Below, piece after piece: positions 1 to 11,880 of a DNA stretch of 64,000 nt (its first letter is position 1; every line of letters begins with the position of its first letter). This DNA is from Octopus bimaculoides. Its lineage: Eukaryota. A program made the translations under genes and the position numbers. Under the pieces are notes generated by a model, which saw nothing but the letters and a program-made list of their open reading frames with translations, did no database searches and was not told where the DNA came from. The DNA lies in NCBI RefSeq assembly GCF_001194135.2, contig NC_068993.1, positions 25,071,845 to 25,135,844 on the forward strand, in the 5' to 3' direction.

Positions 1-559
1 GAACCACTAAGTCACAGGGATGTAAACACCATCACCAGTTGTCAAACAGTGGGGTTAGGGTGGGGGGAGGAGGACAGACACAAAAACATACACACAAACA
101 AACACACATATATATATAAACGATGAGTTTTTTTCAGTTCCTATCAACCAAATCCACTCAAAAGTCTTTGGTTGGCCTGAGGCTATAGAAGACACTTGCT
201 TAAGGGACTGAACCGAGAACAATGTGGTTGGGAAGCAAACTTCTTATCACACAGTCATGCCCTGTGCCTGATCATACATTCTTTCGAAGTTGGGGAGGGC
301 CTTAGCTACGGAATGAGAATCATGGTAATGAGCTGATGTAGCTTGGAATACAGGTTGACTCTGCTAAGTGAGCAGAGATAGGGATGGAGGTTGGAAAAGT
401 ATTCTGAATGACTGGGAGTGAAACAGCATCCATAGCACTATGTAGAGGGTTATAGCAAAAAGTTCTCTTGAAGTTGCATTGCAAAGGTAAAAGAGGTAAA
501 GAGCTGCTTCGATCATGAATGACTATGGGATAAGAAAGTTACTCTCTGAAGCACAAATC

Positions 560-815
560 TGGGCAAGGTTGTTTATGGAAGATCCGCATACCAATCTCCC
601 CTCTCCACCCCACCTATGTTATCCAAGGGAACAGCAAAGGCCGATACAGCTCGGCACCAATAATGTTGCAACTCATTTCTGCAGTTGAGTGAACTGGAGC
701 AACGTGAAATAAAGTGTCTTGCTCAAGAACACAACACACAGCCCGGGCTGGGAATCAAACTCACTACTTAATGATTGTGAGCTCGATGCTCTAACCACTG
801 AGCCATGCATTTCCA
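560..815 (-). mobile_element. tRNA-derived SINE, family C
   Basis: Minus strand has A box TGGCTCAGTGG, B-box-like GAGTTTGATTCC and a ttcttgagcaagacacttt core. Confidence 0.75.
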
Positions 816-2366
816 CATTGTAGCCTTCTTGTTTTAATGTGGTAAGGTGGATGGATGTGTATAGTGTCCCAAAATGTGATGGGGGTATAAACAGAGTACA
901 TTTATAAGAGAAAGAAACAAAGAGGAAAAAAAGAAAGACAGAGATATAATGAGGAAAGAATAGAAACAGGTGACAATGAGGTGGCTAGATATAATAAATA
1001 CAGAAACATTTTATAATGAAATATGTTTAAAGTAAGAAAGTTCTGATCTTGCTTCTGACCAATCATAATCTTTCAAATTTAACTGAGAATATGTTAGTCA
1101 GAAGTGTGCATGTTGAACACCTTTCAAAACATTCTCTCCTCTCCCCCATCAAGTTTATATATGCAGCATGTTTATAAGAAAGAGGTAGAGAAGAAAGGAA
1201 TAAAAGAGACAGAAAAGTGAATAAAATGGGGGTAGATAATAGACTACATAGAGAGATTTTAAAACTGAGAGAAAGTCACATACACACTCATGCATACAGA
1301 TTTCATATATACAAAGGCACACAGTCAATGATAATGAGGATATTAGCTCATTAATCAAGTCAAACTTTCTTTTATCTTTCTTTGTATTTTTCTTCCTTTT
1401 TCTTCAGTTCTTTTGCTTTCATGTTTGCAGGAAGGTGACTATATGGTGGCTATATACTTAAAGTCCTTGACAACTGATTCATTATTCCAGAGTTGAAATC
1501 TAGCTTGTACCATTTAAAAGTGCCATAGCATTTGTTGTTCTACTGTTATCAGTTGGTTGTGTTGCAGCCACATCCATTTTAAAATGTAAGACACACACAC
1601 AAATGCACACACACACATACACACACACACAGAGCCAATGAATGAGCTTTTATGTAGTTGCTTGGCCTGCAAAACATAGCAACCCAGTTTACTTATCTAG
1701 CACCTTTCCTTCTTAAAAATGTAAAGGGACAATGTAGGGATGGTAGTGTCATGGTCTGCTTTAATCATAGGCATGATCAGTCAGGGCAAACCTGGAGATA
1801 AGCAACAACAACTGCCACAGCAGCTGTCTGCGCCACCGCCACCACCACCACCACCAAAAGGACTCAAAATATTTAAAACCAAATAAGACTGAGAACAATT
1901 CATGATAATCGAATCATTATTTGGATGAATCTTGAGTTTAAAATAAAACTTATAAGACATTATAGAATGGCTAATAAAAGATATACAAAGATAGGTCATG
2001 TGATTTTGTGAGAGTTCCTTTTTCTGTTATTCACAAAATAACATCAGTTTTTTTTAGCTGTGAACACAGCACACACAAAATACAACTGAACCAATTTCCT
2101 TTTATGGTGTCAAGCCACCAAACTTCAAGAGTTCAAAACTGAACCTGGACTCTATTAATCCCCACCCAGGAGGTGGGAAACAGCTTCAGGTACTGCACCT
2201 CTTCTGATAACTAAATAATAAAAATATTCCACATACACTAAAAGAAAATAGAATGAAGACAAGACATGGAATGGGAATCAGGGATTTGCAATCATCTCAC
2301 CAAAATCATCATCATCATCATTTAACATCCATTTTCCATGCTTAGCATAGGTTAGATGGTTTGACA

Positions 2367-2597
2367 GGAGCTGGCAGAAGCGTTAGCACGCCGGGCGAAA
2401 TGCTTAGCGGTATTTCGTCTGCCGCTACGTTCTGAGTTCAAATTCCGCCGAGGTCGACTTTGCCTTTCATCCTTTCGGGGTCGATAAATTAAGTACCACT
2501 TACGCACTGCGGTCGACATAATCGACTTAATCCGTTTGTCTGTCCTTGTTTGTCCCCTCTGTGTGTAGCCCCCTGGGGGCAGTAAAAAGAAATAGGA
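2367..2597 (+). mobile_element. tRNA-derived SINE, family B
   Basis: gagctggcagaagcgttag...gagttcaaattcc (B box)...gcctttcatcctttcggggtcgataaattaagtacc core. Copies at about 37765-37955 (+), 42165-42362 (-) and 56615-56825 (+). Confidence 0.85.
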
Positions 2598-2929
2598 GCT
2601 GGCAAGCTGCACCAGGTTCCAATCGTCTGTTTTGAGATGATTTCTATAGCTGGATGCCCTCCCTGATGCCAACTACTTTACAGAGTGTACTGGGTGCTTT
2701 TTACATGGCATCAGCACAGACACTCTTTAGGTGGCACCAGCACAGGTACTTATGTGACACACAAACACACATGTGACTGTATTGTAAGAAGCTTGCTTCT
2801 CAACCACATGGTTCCGAGTTCACGACACCATGGGCAAGTGCCTTCCAAAATAGCCTTGGACTGACCAAAGCCTTGTGAGTGGATTTGGTAGACAGAAACT
2901 TAAAGAAGCCTATCATATGTGTGTGTGTG

Positions 2930-2976
<47 letters not shown>

Positions 2977-3498
2977 ATCTGTTCCCCACCACCACTTGAT
3001 GACTGGGGCTGGTGTGTTTATGTCCCCATAACTTAGCGGTTCGGCAAAAGAAGCCTATAGAATAAGTACCAATCTTAAAAGAATAAACATACTAGGATTG
3101 ATTCATTCAGCTAAAAATTCTTCAAGATAGTGTCCCATTTGCCCATGATAGAGAGATAGAGAGATAGATAGATAGAGAGATAGATAGATAGAGAGATAGA
3201 TAGATACTAACATGCATACATAGACATACAGACATTTGTAGAATATCCATCTACAAACAGTCATATTCTGTTGTCAATTTTGATTAATTGTTCCTTAAGT
3301 TCATTAAAGCTACTGCTACTACAAGCTTTTCATTAATACACAAAAAGGACATTTAGGTAAAAAAAAAAATTTATTGTAAGTGCCAGCTCTACAACAATAA
3401 TGGTGAGGATGCTGACAACAACAACAATAATGGTTACAAAAAGAGTGTTTGTCAATGACAGAATATTCCAATAAAATTTGTGGGTGAAGATAACTTAC

Positions 3499-3654
3499 AT
3501 TAACTTTCCAGTCAAAATTATGTAGTTCCCTCTCTGAGATGCTGTCTGTCTTTGCAAGCAACTGTTCCACAATGTCTTCCCTACGGCAGTCTATCACCTC
3601 AAAGATACTTTGCTTGTACTCATCTGGAACTGTGTCACCAACATAACTAAATAT
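3499..3654 (-). CDS. COMMD8: COMMD8 coding exon 3, start of COMM domain (IFSY...LHNFDWKVN)
   Basis: Acceptor ctgcag|, donor AAT|gtaagt, 156 nt, phase 0/0. Contains the COMM-domain L-x-x-FDW-x-V motif (human LQDFDWQVK). Confidence 0.92.
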
Positions 3655-4607
3655 CTGCAGTAGAAAATTAAAATAGGATTTAACATAGCATCCACATAAA
3701 GGCTCTTTATTTGGGGACCAAACTATTAAAACTTCATGGGTTGGATGAAGAAATGTAGCAAGAATGTAGGGCAGATTCAGGAGTAATAATATTAGCATTG
3801 ATCTTAGTTTGATCATTTATATGAAATGATGCTTAGAGGCAGGGTTCTATAGGCTCATTCAATTTACATTGTGATGAAAACTTGGACATATAATTGGTAC
3901 AAACACATTATCTTAACTATTTTACATGTATAATTCAACCAACAATATGGATTATATATAAATCTGTAGATGCATTTTAATTCCAGAAGTGCTTCCAAAG
4001 TCCAGTGCTAAGTTAACTGCATTCTAATGACATGAAGTGAATGAAAGATAAATTTCCTGCTCAATAAGATACTGGCATACTGAAGGTAATAATTGCAGTA
4101 TGATCTGGTACCTATTCCAGAGGAGTTCACTGAAATGAGGAAAAGTGAAGCAACAAAACACTTGCAGTGAATTTGAACCAAGAGTCATTGAGGATATAGT
4201 TTAATACCTTAAGTATTCAATCATTTTGCCTTCACATATGAATAGTAAGGGTCCTAATTTTCAAATAAGTGTATAAAGAGGGTTTTCTCACATAAATATT
4301 TAGGAAGTAGGAAGGTATGGTGTTCAGGCATTTTTCAGAAACATCAATTGAAGGGGGATAGGAAATGAAATTTAATAACGAATTCAGTTGCTAAAGAGTT
4401 TAGAGACAAACAACTACTGTAGTTGTCACTACAATTAGATACACTTGCTGCCATAAACCACTTTACCAAGAATGGGAGTAACAACTATTTCCATAGGCAG
4501 CCAGAGGTAAGCAAACTAATGCAACAGTACCATAAATGCTCAGAGTAGCAGAACAAATGACTGTAGTCTTGTTTGAACTTGTGACAATGACTGACTCCCA
4601 TATTTAT

Positions 4608-4820
4608 CCCTTTAGCATTTAAACCGGCCATATCCAGCCAAATTATTCTACGTCTTTTATGTTCAAAGATCTGGCCTCTTCCATCTACCCTGTAATGTTA
4701 TTCTAAAAATAAACAATCGCATCATCAAAATCTTGAAGCAACAAGATAATGCTTGATTAGTTCAAAACAATATGAATAAATAAGTATCACATTTGACAGA
4801 ATAATCTGAATGCTAAAGGG
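4608..4820. mobile_element. piggyBac-type MITE
   Basis: ccctttagcatt...aatgctaaaggg|ttaa. Related copies at 22482-22697, about 53798-54016 and about 57640-57837. Confidence 0.75.
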
Positions 4821-4862
4821 TTAAAGAAATAAATATAAAAGAGAATGATTCCATTTCCTCAC

Positions 4863-5024
4863 CTGGTCTTTTGTCCAAGACTCTTTACCAGCAGTTAGTA
4901 CCAACTCTTCACAGCCATCACACACCTGCCAAAACTGTTGTATATTCCACACACTACTATAGTCTTTGTAATGCAATATATAACGACTATCTTTATACAG
5001 TTGGCTAATGATACCATGAAAAAG
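4863..5024 (-). CDS. COMMD8: COMMD8 coding exon 2 (LFHGIISQLY...YKDYSSVW...TKDQ)
   Basis: Acceptor ttttcag|, donor CAG|gtgag, 162 nt, phase 0/0. Aligns by eye to human [29 protein letters not shown]. Confidence 0.9.
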
Positions 5025-5889
5025 CTGAAAAATAAAAACAATAAATTTAAAGAAAATAGAAGAGACAATGATGATGATAATTATTAATCTGGACTGCTAG
5101 ACTAACTACAGTAGAAATTACACATGAAGAGGAATGAAAGAGCTTCTCTTTGTAGTTGATCAAAGTGAAGCTAAATTCTCTCAAATCCCACTCTACTGTC
5201 TTAAAAATTACACACTGTGCAATATAGTCCTATAATTAGAAAATAATGAGATGGTCATAGCTGGAATGCTTTTGGTTATTAGTCTACTCAATCAGGGTTG
5301 ACCCAGAGCTAGACAACAGCATGGACAACTCACTTCGGTTTATAGAGAGTTCTTTATGTTCTGGTTGCCAACACATAAATGTTTTTTCTTACAAGAAATA
5401 AAAGGAGGAACCAGAAGTAATACAAAACATATTTGTGGCACTAATGACAGATCATTGTTAATAACTACATCCAAGGTTTTGAGACAGTTGTATCTCACAA
5501 TCATAAAAAAATAAATCTGGTAATTCTACAGCAGCATTCAGGTTCTTCCAGCAGAATATGAGGCATTTGTTTGCAAGTGAGAGATAACACTCTCAGTCAA
5601 TTAGAGAGAAAGAAATTTGCTGAAAAAGTGTCTTTTCATGAATGTCAGGAGTAGATGATTGCACTAGTATGGACATGTATTGTGAATCAATGATAAATAC
5701 TAGGTGAACAAGAGGCATGCTGGAGATGAAAGATAATAGAAGAGACAATAATGGAAATAGTGAGTAGGGTAATAATGATAATGAATCTGGAATATCAGAC
5801 TGACAACAATACAAATTACACGATGGACAATGAAAAAGCCTCTCTCTGAGAGTAGAAAAAAGTTACATCACACATGGATATGTGGGTAT

Positions 5890-6105
5890 TTTGAAAATGC
5901 AACTGGGATTACTTTTCTTGAAACCTTCCACAGTCTTCACATTTCCCGAGCCAAATCCTGGTATTTTCTTCAGTTCATTGACTGCTACATTCAGCCTGTA
6001 GATATAGCCATATTTATGATGATGCATTCTTTTTTGCCCTTTGTCCAGAACAATAATACCTGGTCAACTTACACTTCTGGAGGATTTTTGCAAATCTTAC
6101 AAGAA
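5890..6105 (-). mobile_element. Remnant of a restriction-like endonuclease (R2/R4/NeSL-type) non-LTR element
   Basis: Minus frame with stops: LLFWTKGKKECIIINMAIS...RKYQDLAREM*RLWKVSRKVIPV, matching the PD..D..K-KY endonuclease region. Confidence 0.55.
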
Positions 6106-6710
6106 ATTATAAAAATACATGAGTATGTCTGTAACTATTTCGTACACATTCAGTGTCTTTGTAATCAAAGACCAGTTGCTGCTAGGCTACTGAATCAACA
6201 AGCTTGCAGTATTGTTTTTAAGGTGCCAAATACACTTTACTAAAGAAGCAAGTGCAGAAGTATTTTGCATCTGTAGAGCTGTTAAAAGTAAAGTATTTAC
6301 ATATTTGCCATCAAATATCAGTGCAGTGCTTCATTATTTGAAAGTTTATTGGTAACTGAAATGTTATATTGGTATGTCCTGCATTATGACAACGTATTTC
6401 ATCATCTGCGTGACTGACCCATATGGTGTACCTCACCGACTGACACTGCTTGCTGTGTCTGTCCACCATTTATTGGTAGTGAAACAGCCCACTCGGGGGT
6501 GTCTGCCACAACACCTACCCCCTTTGAGGTTTTTTTTTCTTCTTTCACACAGCATTTTTTTCTTTTTGTTTCATTTCTTTTTCTTCCACATACAGAATTA
6601 TTTTTCTCTTCAGAATGCTGCAGGTAGTACCAGTCTACATCGTTTACTGGTAGCGCTATTAACACATAGCAACCTGACTCAAATCCTTCACACAGATTTA
6701 CGCTATTTTT

Positions 6711-6905
6711 CACTGCGTGTAGTTCAGTTCTGTGTTAGAGTTCCAGTTTTATCAGACATTTTTTTCTTCAGAATCTTCTTTCAATAGTATTTATATATTT
6801 TTCACTGTGTGTAGTTCAGTTCTGTGTTAGAGTTCCAGTTTTATCAGACATTTTTTTCTTCAGAATCTTCTTTCAATAGTATTTATATATTTTTCACTGT
6901 GTGTA
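6711..6905. repeat. 92-bp tandem repeat running into an N gap
   Basis: cactg anchors at 6711, 6803 and 6895. The units are near identical. Confidence 0.85.
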
Positions 6906-7610
6906 NNNNNNNNNNNNNNNNNNNNNNNNNNNNNNNNNNNNNNNNNNNNNNNNNNNNNNNNNNNNNNNNNNNNNNNNNNNNNNNNNNNNNNNNNNNNNNN
7001 NNNNNNNNNNNNNNNNNNNNNNNNNNNNNNNNNNNNNNNNNNNNNNNNNNNNNNNNNNNNNNNNNNNNNNNNNNNNNNNNNNNNNNNNNNNNNNNNNNNN
7101 NNNNNNNNNNNNNNNNNNNNNNNNNNNNNNNNNNNNNNNNNNNNNNNNNNNNNNNNNNNNNNNNNNNNNNNNNNNNNNNNNNNNNNNNNNNNNNNNNNNN
7201 NNNNNNNNNNNNNNNNNNNNNNNNNNNNNNNNNNNNNNNNNNNNNNNNNNNNNNNNNNNNNNNNNNNNNNNNNNNNNNNNNNNNNNNNNNNNNNNNNNNN
7301 NNNNNNNNNNNNNNNNNNNNNNNNNNNNNNNNNNNNNNNNNNNNNNNNNNNNNNNNNNNNNNNNNNNNNNNNNNNNNNNNNNNNNNNNNNNNNNNNNNNN
7401 NNNNNNNNNNNNNNNNNNNNNNNNNNNNNNNNNNNNNNNNNNNNNNNNNNNNNNNNNNNNNNNNNNNNNNNNNNNNNNNNNNNNNNNNNNNNNNNNNNNN
7501 NNNNNNNNNNNNNNNNNNNNNNNNNNNNNNNNNNNNNNNNNNNNNNNNNNNNNNNNNNNNNNNNNNNNNNNNNNNNNNNNNNNNNNNNNNNNNNNNNNNN
7601 NNNNNNNNNN
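6906..7610. other. Assembly gap (largest of ten)
   Basis: Other N runs: 13437-13816, 26643-26733, 30798-31415, 32283-32306, 43114-43213, 43367-43376, 45029-45229, 48205-48346, 48963-49396. Confidence 1.
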
Positions 7611-7954
7611 GCTTTTACTTGTTTCAGTCATTTGACTGCGGCCATGCTGGAGCACCGCCTTTAGTCGAGCAAATCGACCCCCAGGACTTATTCTTTGTAA
7701 GCCTCGTACTTATTCTATCAGTCTCTTTTGCCAAACTGCTAAGTTACGGGGACGTAAACACACCACCGTCGGTTGTCAAGCGATATATACGACGGGCTTC
7801 TTTCAGTTCCCGTCTACCAAATCCACTCACAAGGCTTTAGTCGGCCCGAGGTTATAGTAGAAGACACTTGCCCAAGGTGCCACGCAGTGGGACTGAACCC
7901 GGAACCATGTGGTTGGTAAGCAAGCTACTTACCACACAGACACTCCTGTGCCTA
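7611..7954 (-). mobile_element. tRNA-derived SINE, family A (well preserved copy)
   Basis: Minus strand begins caggagtgtctgtgtggtaag (A-box-like) and ggttcagtccc (B box). Shared body with copies at about 1-262, 2765-3140, 11890-12025, 12335-12510, 21712-21935, 27215-27430, 35285-35410, 41503-41610 and 63213-63395. Confidence 0.85.
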
Positions 7955-7967
7955 TTGTAAATTTTTG

Positions 7968-8843
7968 TAAACTATTGTAAATTTCTACTAATTGTCAACT
8001 TACAAGTGGTGGTTTCACATTGTGATTTTTACAGATGAAACGTTGGCTCTGTTGGAGTCATTTCCATATTTATCATTATATTTTGTAGTAGGGGTTCTGA
8101 ATGAGACGGGAAGATGTAAGATGACCACCAAAAAATGGCAATGCAAAAGTTTTCAGTCACCTCACATAAACCAATCAAGATACAGTGTTTTAAAACAGAA
8201 AAATGTCTATAATGAAAATTCATTACATAATGTTCATTTCAAGAAGTTACTGTACATTGTTAATATTTCGTGTGGCTTCCTTCTTAGCTTGAATAATCGC
8301 ATCAATGACCTTAGGAAGAGATGTGTACAAATCCTTCACCATCTTCACAGGTATGAGATGAGTTCGTCAGAAGAATCCATGCAATCTTGAAGAGTTGTGG
8401 GAGCTTAGCAACTGAGAATGGCATCTCATACCTGTGAAGCTGGTGAAGGATTTGTACGGATCTTTTCCCAGGCACATTGAAACAATTACTCAAGCTAAGG
8501 GAAGCCACATGGAATATTAACATTGAACAGTAACTTCTTGAAATGAACATTATGTAATAAATTTCCATTATAGACATTTTTCTGTTTTAAAATACTGTAT
8601 CTTAATTGGCTTATGTGAGGTGGCTGAAAACTTTTGCATGGCCATTTTTGGTAGTAATCTCAAATCTTCCCCTGTCATTTAGAACCCCTGCTACAAAATA
8701 TAATGATTAGGTATGGAAATGACTCCAATAAGGCCAATGTTTCACCTGTGAAAACCACAATGTGAAACATCCACTTATACGTTGACAATTAGTAGAAATT
8801 TACAATAGTTTAAAGTGGCTGAAGACTTTTGTAAAGTATTGTA
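7968..8843. mobile_element. Tc1-derived foldback element (IR/DR type ends)
   Basis: About 390-bp inverted arms 7968-8360 / 8422-8812. Each arm includes the transposase C-terminus (LVKDLYGSFPRHIETITQAKGSHMEY*). Two gtggctgaa.acttttg direct repeats in the right end. Confidence 0.8.
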
Positions 8844-8959
8844 TACATATAAAACAACCACAAGTGTATATAAACAAACTTACATCTTATTTTTTTTTTT
8901 TTAGAAGCATTGAATGTGTATTGTAGGATACAGACAAGGTGACAATAATTTATTTACTT

Positions 8960-9745
8960 AAGTTTTAACATCCCCTTGCACAGCAATACTCCGGTCCCAG
9001 CATTTCTACTAGTTTTGAAATCTGGCCTGGAAGTCGTTTTCTGTAAAGGAGTTGAGGACCTTCTGTGATTTGCTCTTGATCTTGTCAACAATGGAGACTT
9101 TTGAGCTGCATTTTCATCTTGGGGAGATGGAAGTCCGTAGATGCTGAATCTGGCAAATAGGGTAGGTGCAGACGCGATATCATGCTGTTTTTAGTGAGAA
9201 GAGCTCAGTGTCAGGGTGCATTGTCGTCGTGAAGAATCCATTTCTTTGCAGATGTTGGGATTACCTGCATGGACCCATACGACAGACCAACAACATCAGA
9301 AACATTGCTGATTGTCCTCTGATGATCCTCATGCATGAACTGATGAATTTTCTCTCCATATTTCCAGGGGTGATGCTTGTGGTAGGTCTTCTAGGAATGT
9401 TCTTCCACTTTTGAAGCACCCATGCCACGCAAAACATTGTATACGACCCGATGCATCATCACTGTAAGCTTTCTGAAGCATCCTCAATGTCTTTGTAGCA
9501 GATTTCCAAAGTTTCACACAAAATTTCACATTAGCTCTTTGTTCCAACTTCCTGTCCATGACAAAAAATTGCAAACTACAACATATACATGATCACAAAA
9601 ACACAAATTTCACAACTTGCAAAGTAAACACAGCAGCAGTATTTGGAACATTGCCACATGAAGAGCACTGCTAACTCTCACTCTACAAGCAACCATGTGC
9701 TGCCATACTACAGATCTAGTCTTGGAAGTTTTTGATATCACCTCG

Positions 9746-9746
<1 letters not shown>
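8960..9746 (-). mobile_element. Internally deleted mariner
   Basis: MDRKLEQRANVKFCVKLWKSATKT N-terminal HTH, and TIR-like tacgaggtgatatcaaaaacttccaagact. Confidence 0.8.
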
Positions 9747-9749
<3 letters not shown>

Positions 9750-9776
<27 letters not shown>

Positions 9777-11070
9777 AAATAGAGATGTGTGTGTATTCGC
9801 TTATCACGTGAAAACGGCTTCACCATTTACTTCCATACTTGTGATGCATGAATAATTTTACCTCAAATAAATGTTAGGCTCTTCATTTGATTTTTTTTAT
9901 TAAAAATAAATAATATTGCTTTATATTTAAGATTCACTTCTTTAAAGAGGTTCCTCAATGTCAACTTCCGGTAGCCATAGTTTTTTTTTCACTTTAACTT
10001 CAATCGTTACTGTTCTCACTAAAAGTTTACGTTTTCAATTGCTAACAAGTTCACATTTACTGGTGTAAGTAATTTCATAATTTACGAACAGAAGTACGGT
10101 TTTGTGTTTTCCTGTTGCTGAGGGTTTTTTTTTCTTCTGGTACCTTCGATACTGGCTCTTTGGTTCACTGAGTGACAAATTTCGCTTCAACCTGTACAAT
10201 ACTTTATTTTTCGTTAAAATTTCTTATTGACTTTCTGCCTGTCGTATTCAAAAACATAATTTCCGTTACCAAGTTATTTTCATTGTTTACTATCTTCTGC
10301 ACTCGTGTATTTCTGTATACGTATATAACCATGCCTAGAAGGAAAATGTCAAATTTGTCTATAAAATCAAGGTCAGCCAAAAGAACGTGTCTGTCCAGAA
10401 AAAGAGAGACAGCTGCAGAAAGGGAAGCACGCCAAGAAAAAAACACACTGTGCACTACAAAAGCCAGAGCATCTGAAAGTGATGAACAGAGGTATGCCCG
10501 ACTGACAAGGAATAGGATCTCCACTGCAGAACGAAGAGCAGTTGCAACAGCTCAGAGAAGCAACTTCTATGAAGCAGCTTTCAATTATGATCCAGCAGTT
10601 CATTATGCGGATGACACTAGAGTTTCCATTAATGCAATGACAACTGAGTGCATTCATTGTAAAGCACCAAATGCTTCCATACTTGTGATGCATGAATAAT
10701 TTGACCTCGGATAAATGTTAGGCTCTTCATTTGATTTTTTAAATTAAAAATAAATAATATTGCTTTATATTTATGATTCACTTCTTTAAAAAGGTTCCTC
10801 AATGTCAAGTTCCGGTATTGACATAACAACGGCAATAAGCTTCACTCTCTACTTTGACGTTTTTGTACCAAATGCTTACATAATTATGATGCAATGTCAA
10901 CTTCCCGTATTGACGTAGCAACGGCAAAAAGCTTCATGCTTCCATACTTGTCATGCATGAATAATTTGACCTCGGATAAATGTTAGGCTCTTCATATTTA
11001 TGATTCACTTCTTTAAAAAGGTTCATAAGCAACAATTTCATTCCCGGGCAACGCCGGGTGGCTCTGCTAG
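9750..11070 (+). mobile_element. Non-autonomous Helitron with RepHel N-terminal fragment
   Basis: ORF from 10331: ETAAEREARQ..ESDEQRYARL..AFNYDP..MTTECIHC. 3' hairpin cccgggcaacgccggg (11043-11058) followed by CTAG|T. Confidence 0.85.
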
Positions 11071-11098
11071 TATATATATATATATATATATATACATA

Positions 11099-11314
11099 CA
11101 GTAATCCCTCACCATGTTGCAGTTCACCTATCATGGTTTATTATTTAAGCTTATGTCGATTCTTCTGTGATGTTTTACATTTATAATAAAATATATACAA
11201 ATCATAAAAGTAAAAAAAAAAAATATACAGTACAGTACTGTTTCTACTTTGCGGATTTTCACCTATCACAGGGGGTTTGGGAACATAACACCTGCAATAG
11301 TCAAGGGATTACTG
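11099..11314. mobile_element. Tc1/pogo-like MITE
   Basis: TIR cagtaatccct...agggattactg with TA on the left flank. Partial copy at about 21797-21855. Confidence 0.7.
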
Positions 11315-11324
11315 TGTATATATA

Positions 11325-11880
11325 ATCATCGTTTAACATCCACTTCCCATGCTGGCATGGGTTGGACAGTTTGACTGAGGAGTGGCAAGCCAGAAGGCTG
11401 CACTAGGCTCCAATCTGATCTGGCTTGGTTTCTACAGCTGGATGCCCTTCCTAATGCCAACCACTCCGAGAGTGTAGTGGGTGCTTTTTATGTGCCACCG
11501 GCATGGGAGCCAGTCAGGCAGCATTAGCATCGACCATGCTTGAATGGTGTTTTTTATGTGCCACTGGTACAATGCCAGTCAAGCAGCACTGGCATCAACA
11601 ACACTCAAATGAAGCTTTTTATGTGCCACAGTTACGGGAGCCAGTCAAACTGCACTGGCATCAACCATGCTCGAATAGTGCTTTTTACATACCACCAGCA
11701 TGAGAGCCAATCAAGCGGCACTGGCATCAACCACACTTGAATGGTGCTTTTTACGTGCCACCAGCATGGGTGCCAGTCAGGTGGCAATGGTATCGGCCAC
11801 ACTTGTGATGCATGAATAATTTGACCTCGGATAAATGGGTGCCAGTCAGGTGGCAATGGTATCGGCCACACTCAAATGGT
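11325..11880 (-). repeat. Solo RTE 3' tail (or SINE) with about 5 tandem ~65-bp units
   Basis: catcat start, ctggatgcccttcctaatgccaacc motif, and repeated gtgcttttta.gtgcca..ggca units. Confidence 0.8.

Noticed and set aside
1781-1999. Poly-Gly/Cys-rich 72-aa ORF
   Set aside because: It derives from a (CCA)n microsatellite, with no splice or homology support.
3265-3320. FNELKEQLIKIDNRI* as a COMMD8 terminal exon
   Set aside because: There is no good acceptor, an upstream in-frame stop, and the LAxSSD segment that should follow exon 3 is missing.
3319-3816. 165-aa ORF as a single-exon gene
   Set aside because: Only 3499-3654 is COMMD8-like and it is bounded by splice sites. The rest is intron read-through.
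5830-6243. 137-aa plus-strand ORF resembling a membrane protein
   Set aside because: No family motif was recognised. The opposite strand carries RLE retrotransposon motifs, so it is probably a shadow ORF.
6824-7840. Long ORFs spanning N runs (also at 13.4, 26.5, 30.7, 43, 45, 48.1 and 48.9 kb)
   Set aside because: They are open only because N codons contain no stops.
11480-11800. ~65-bp repeats or the 44-bp PBS array as a CRISPR-like array
   Set aside because: The context is eukaryotic, whole units are degenerate tandem copies without unique spacers, and there are no cas genes.
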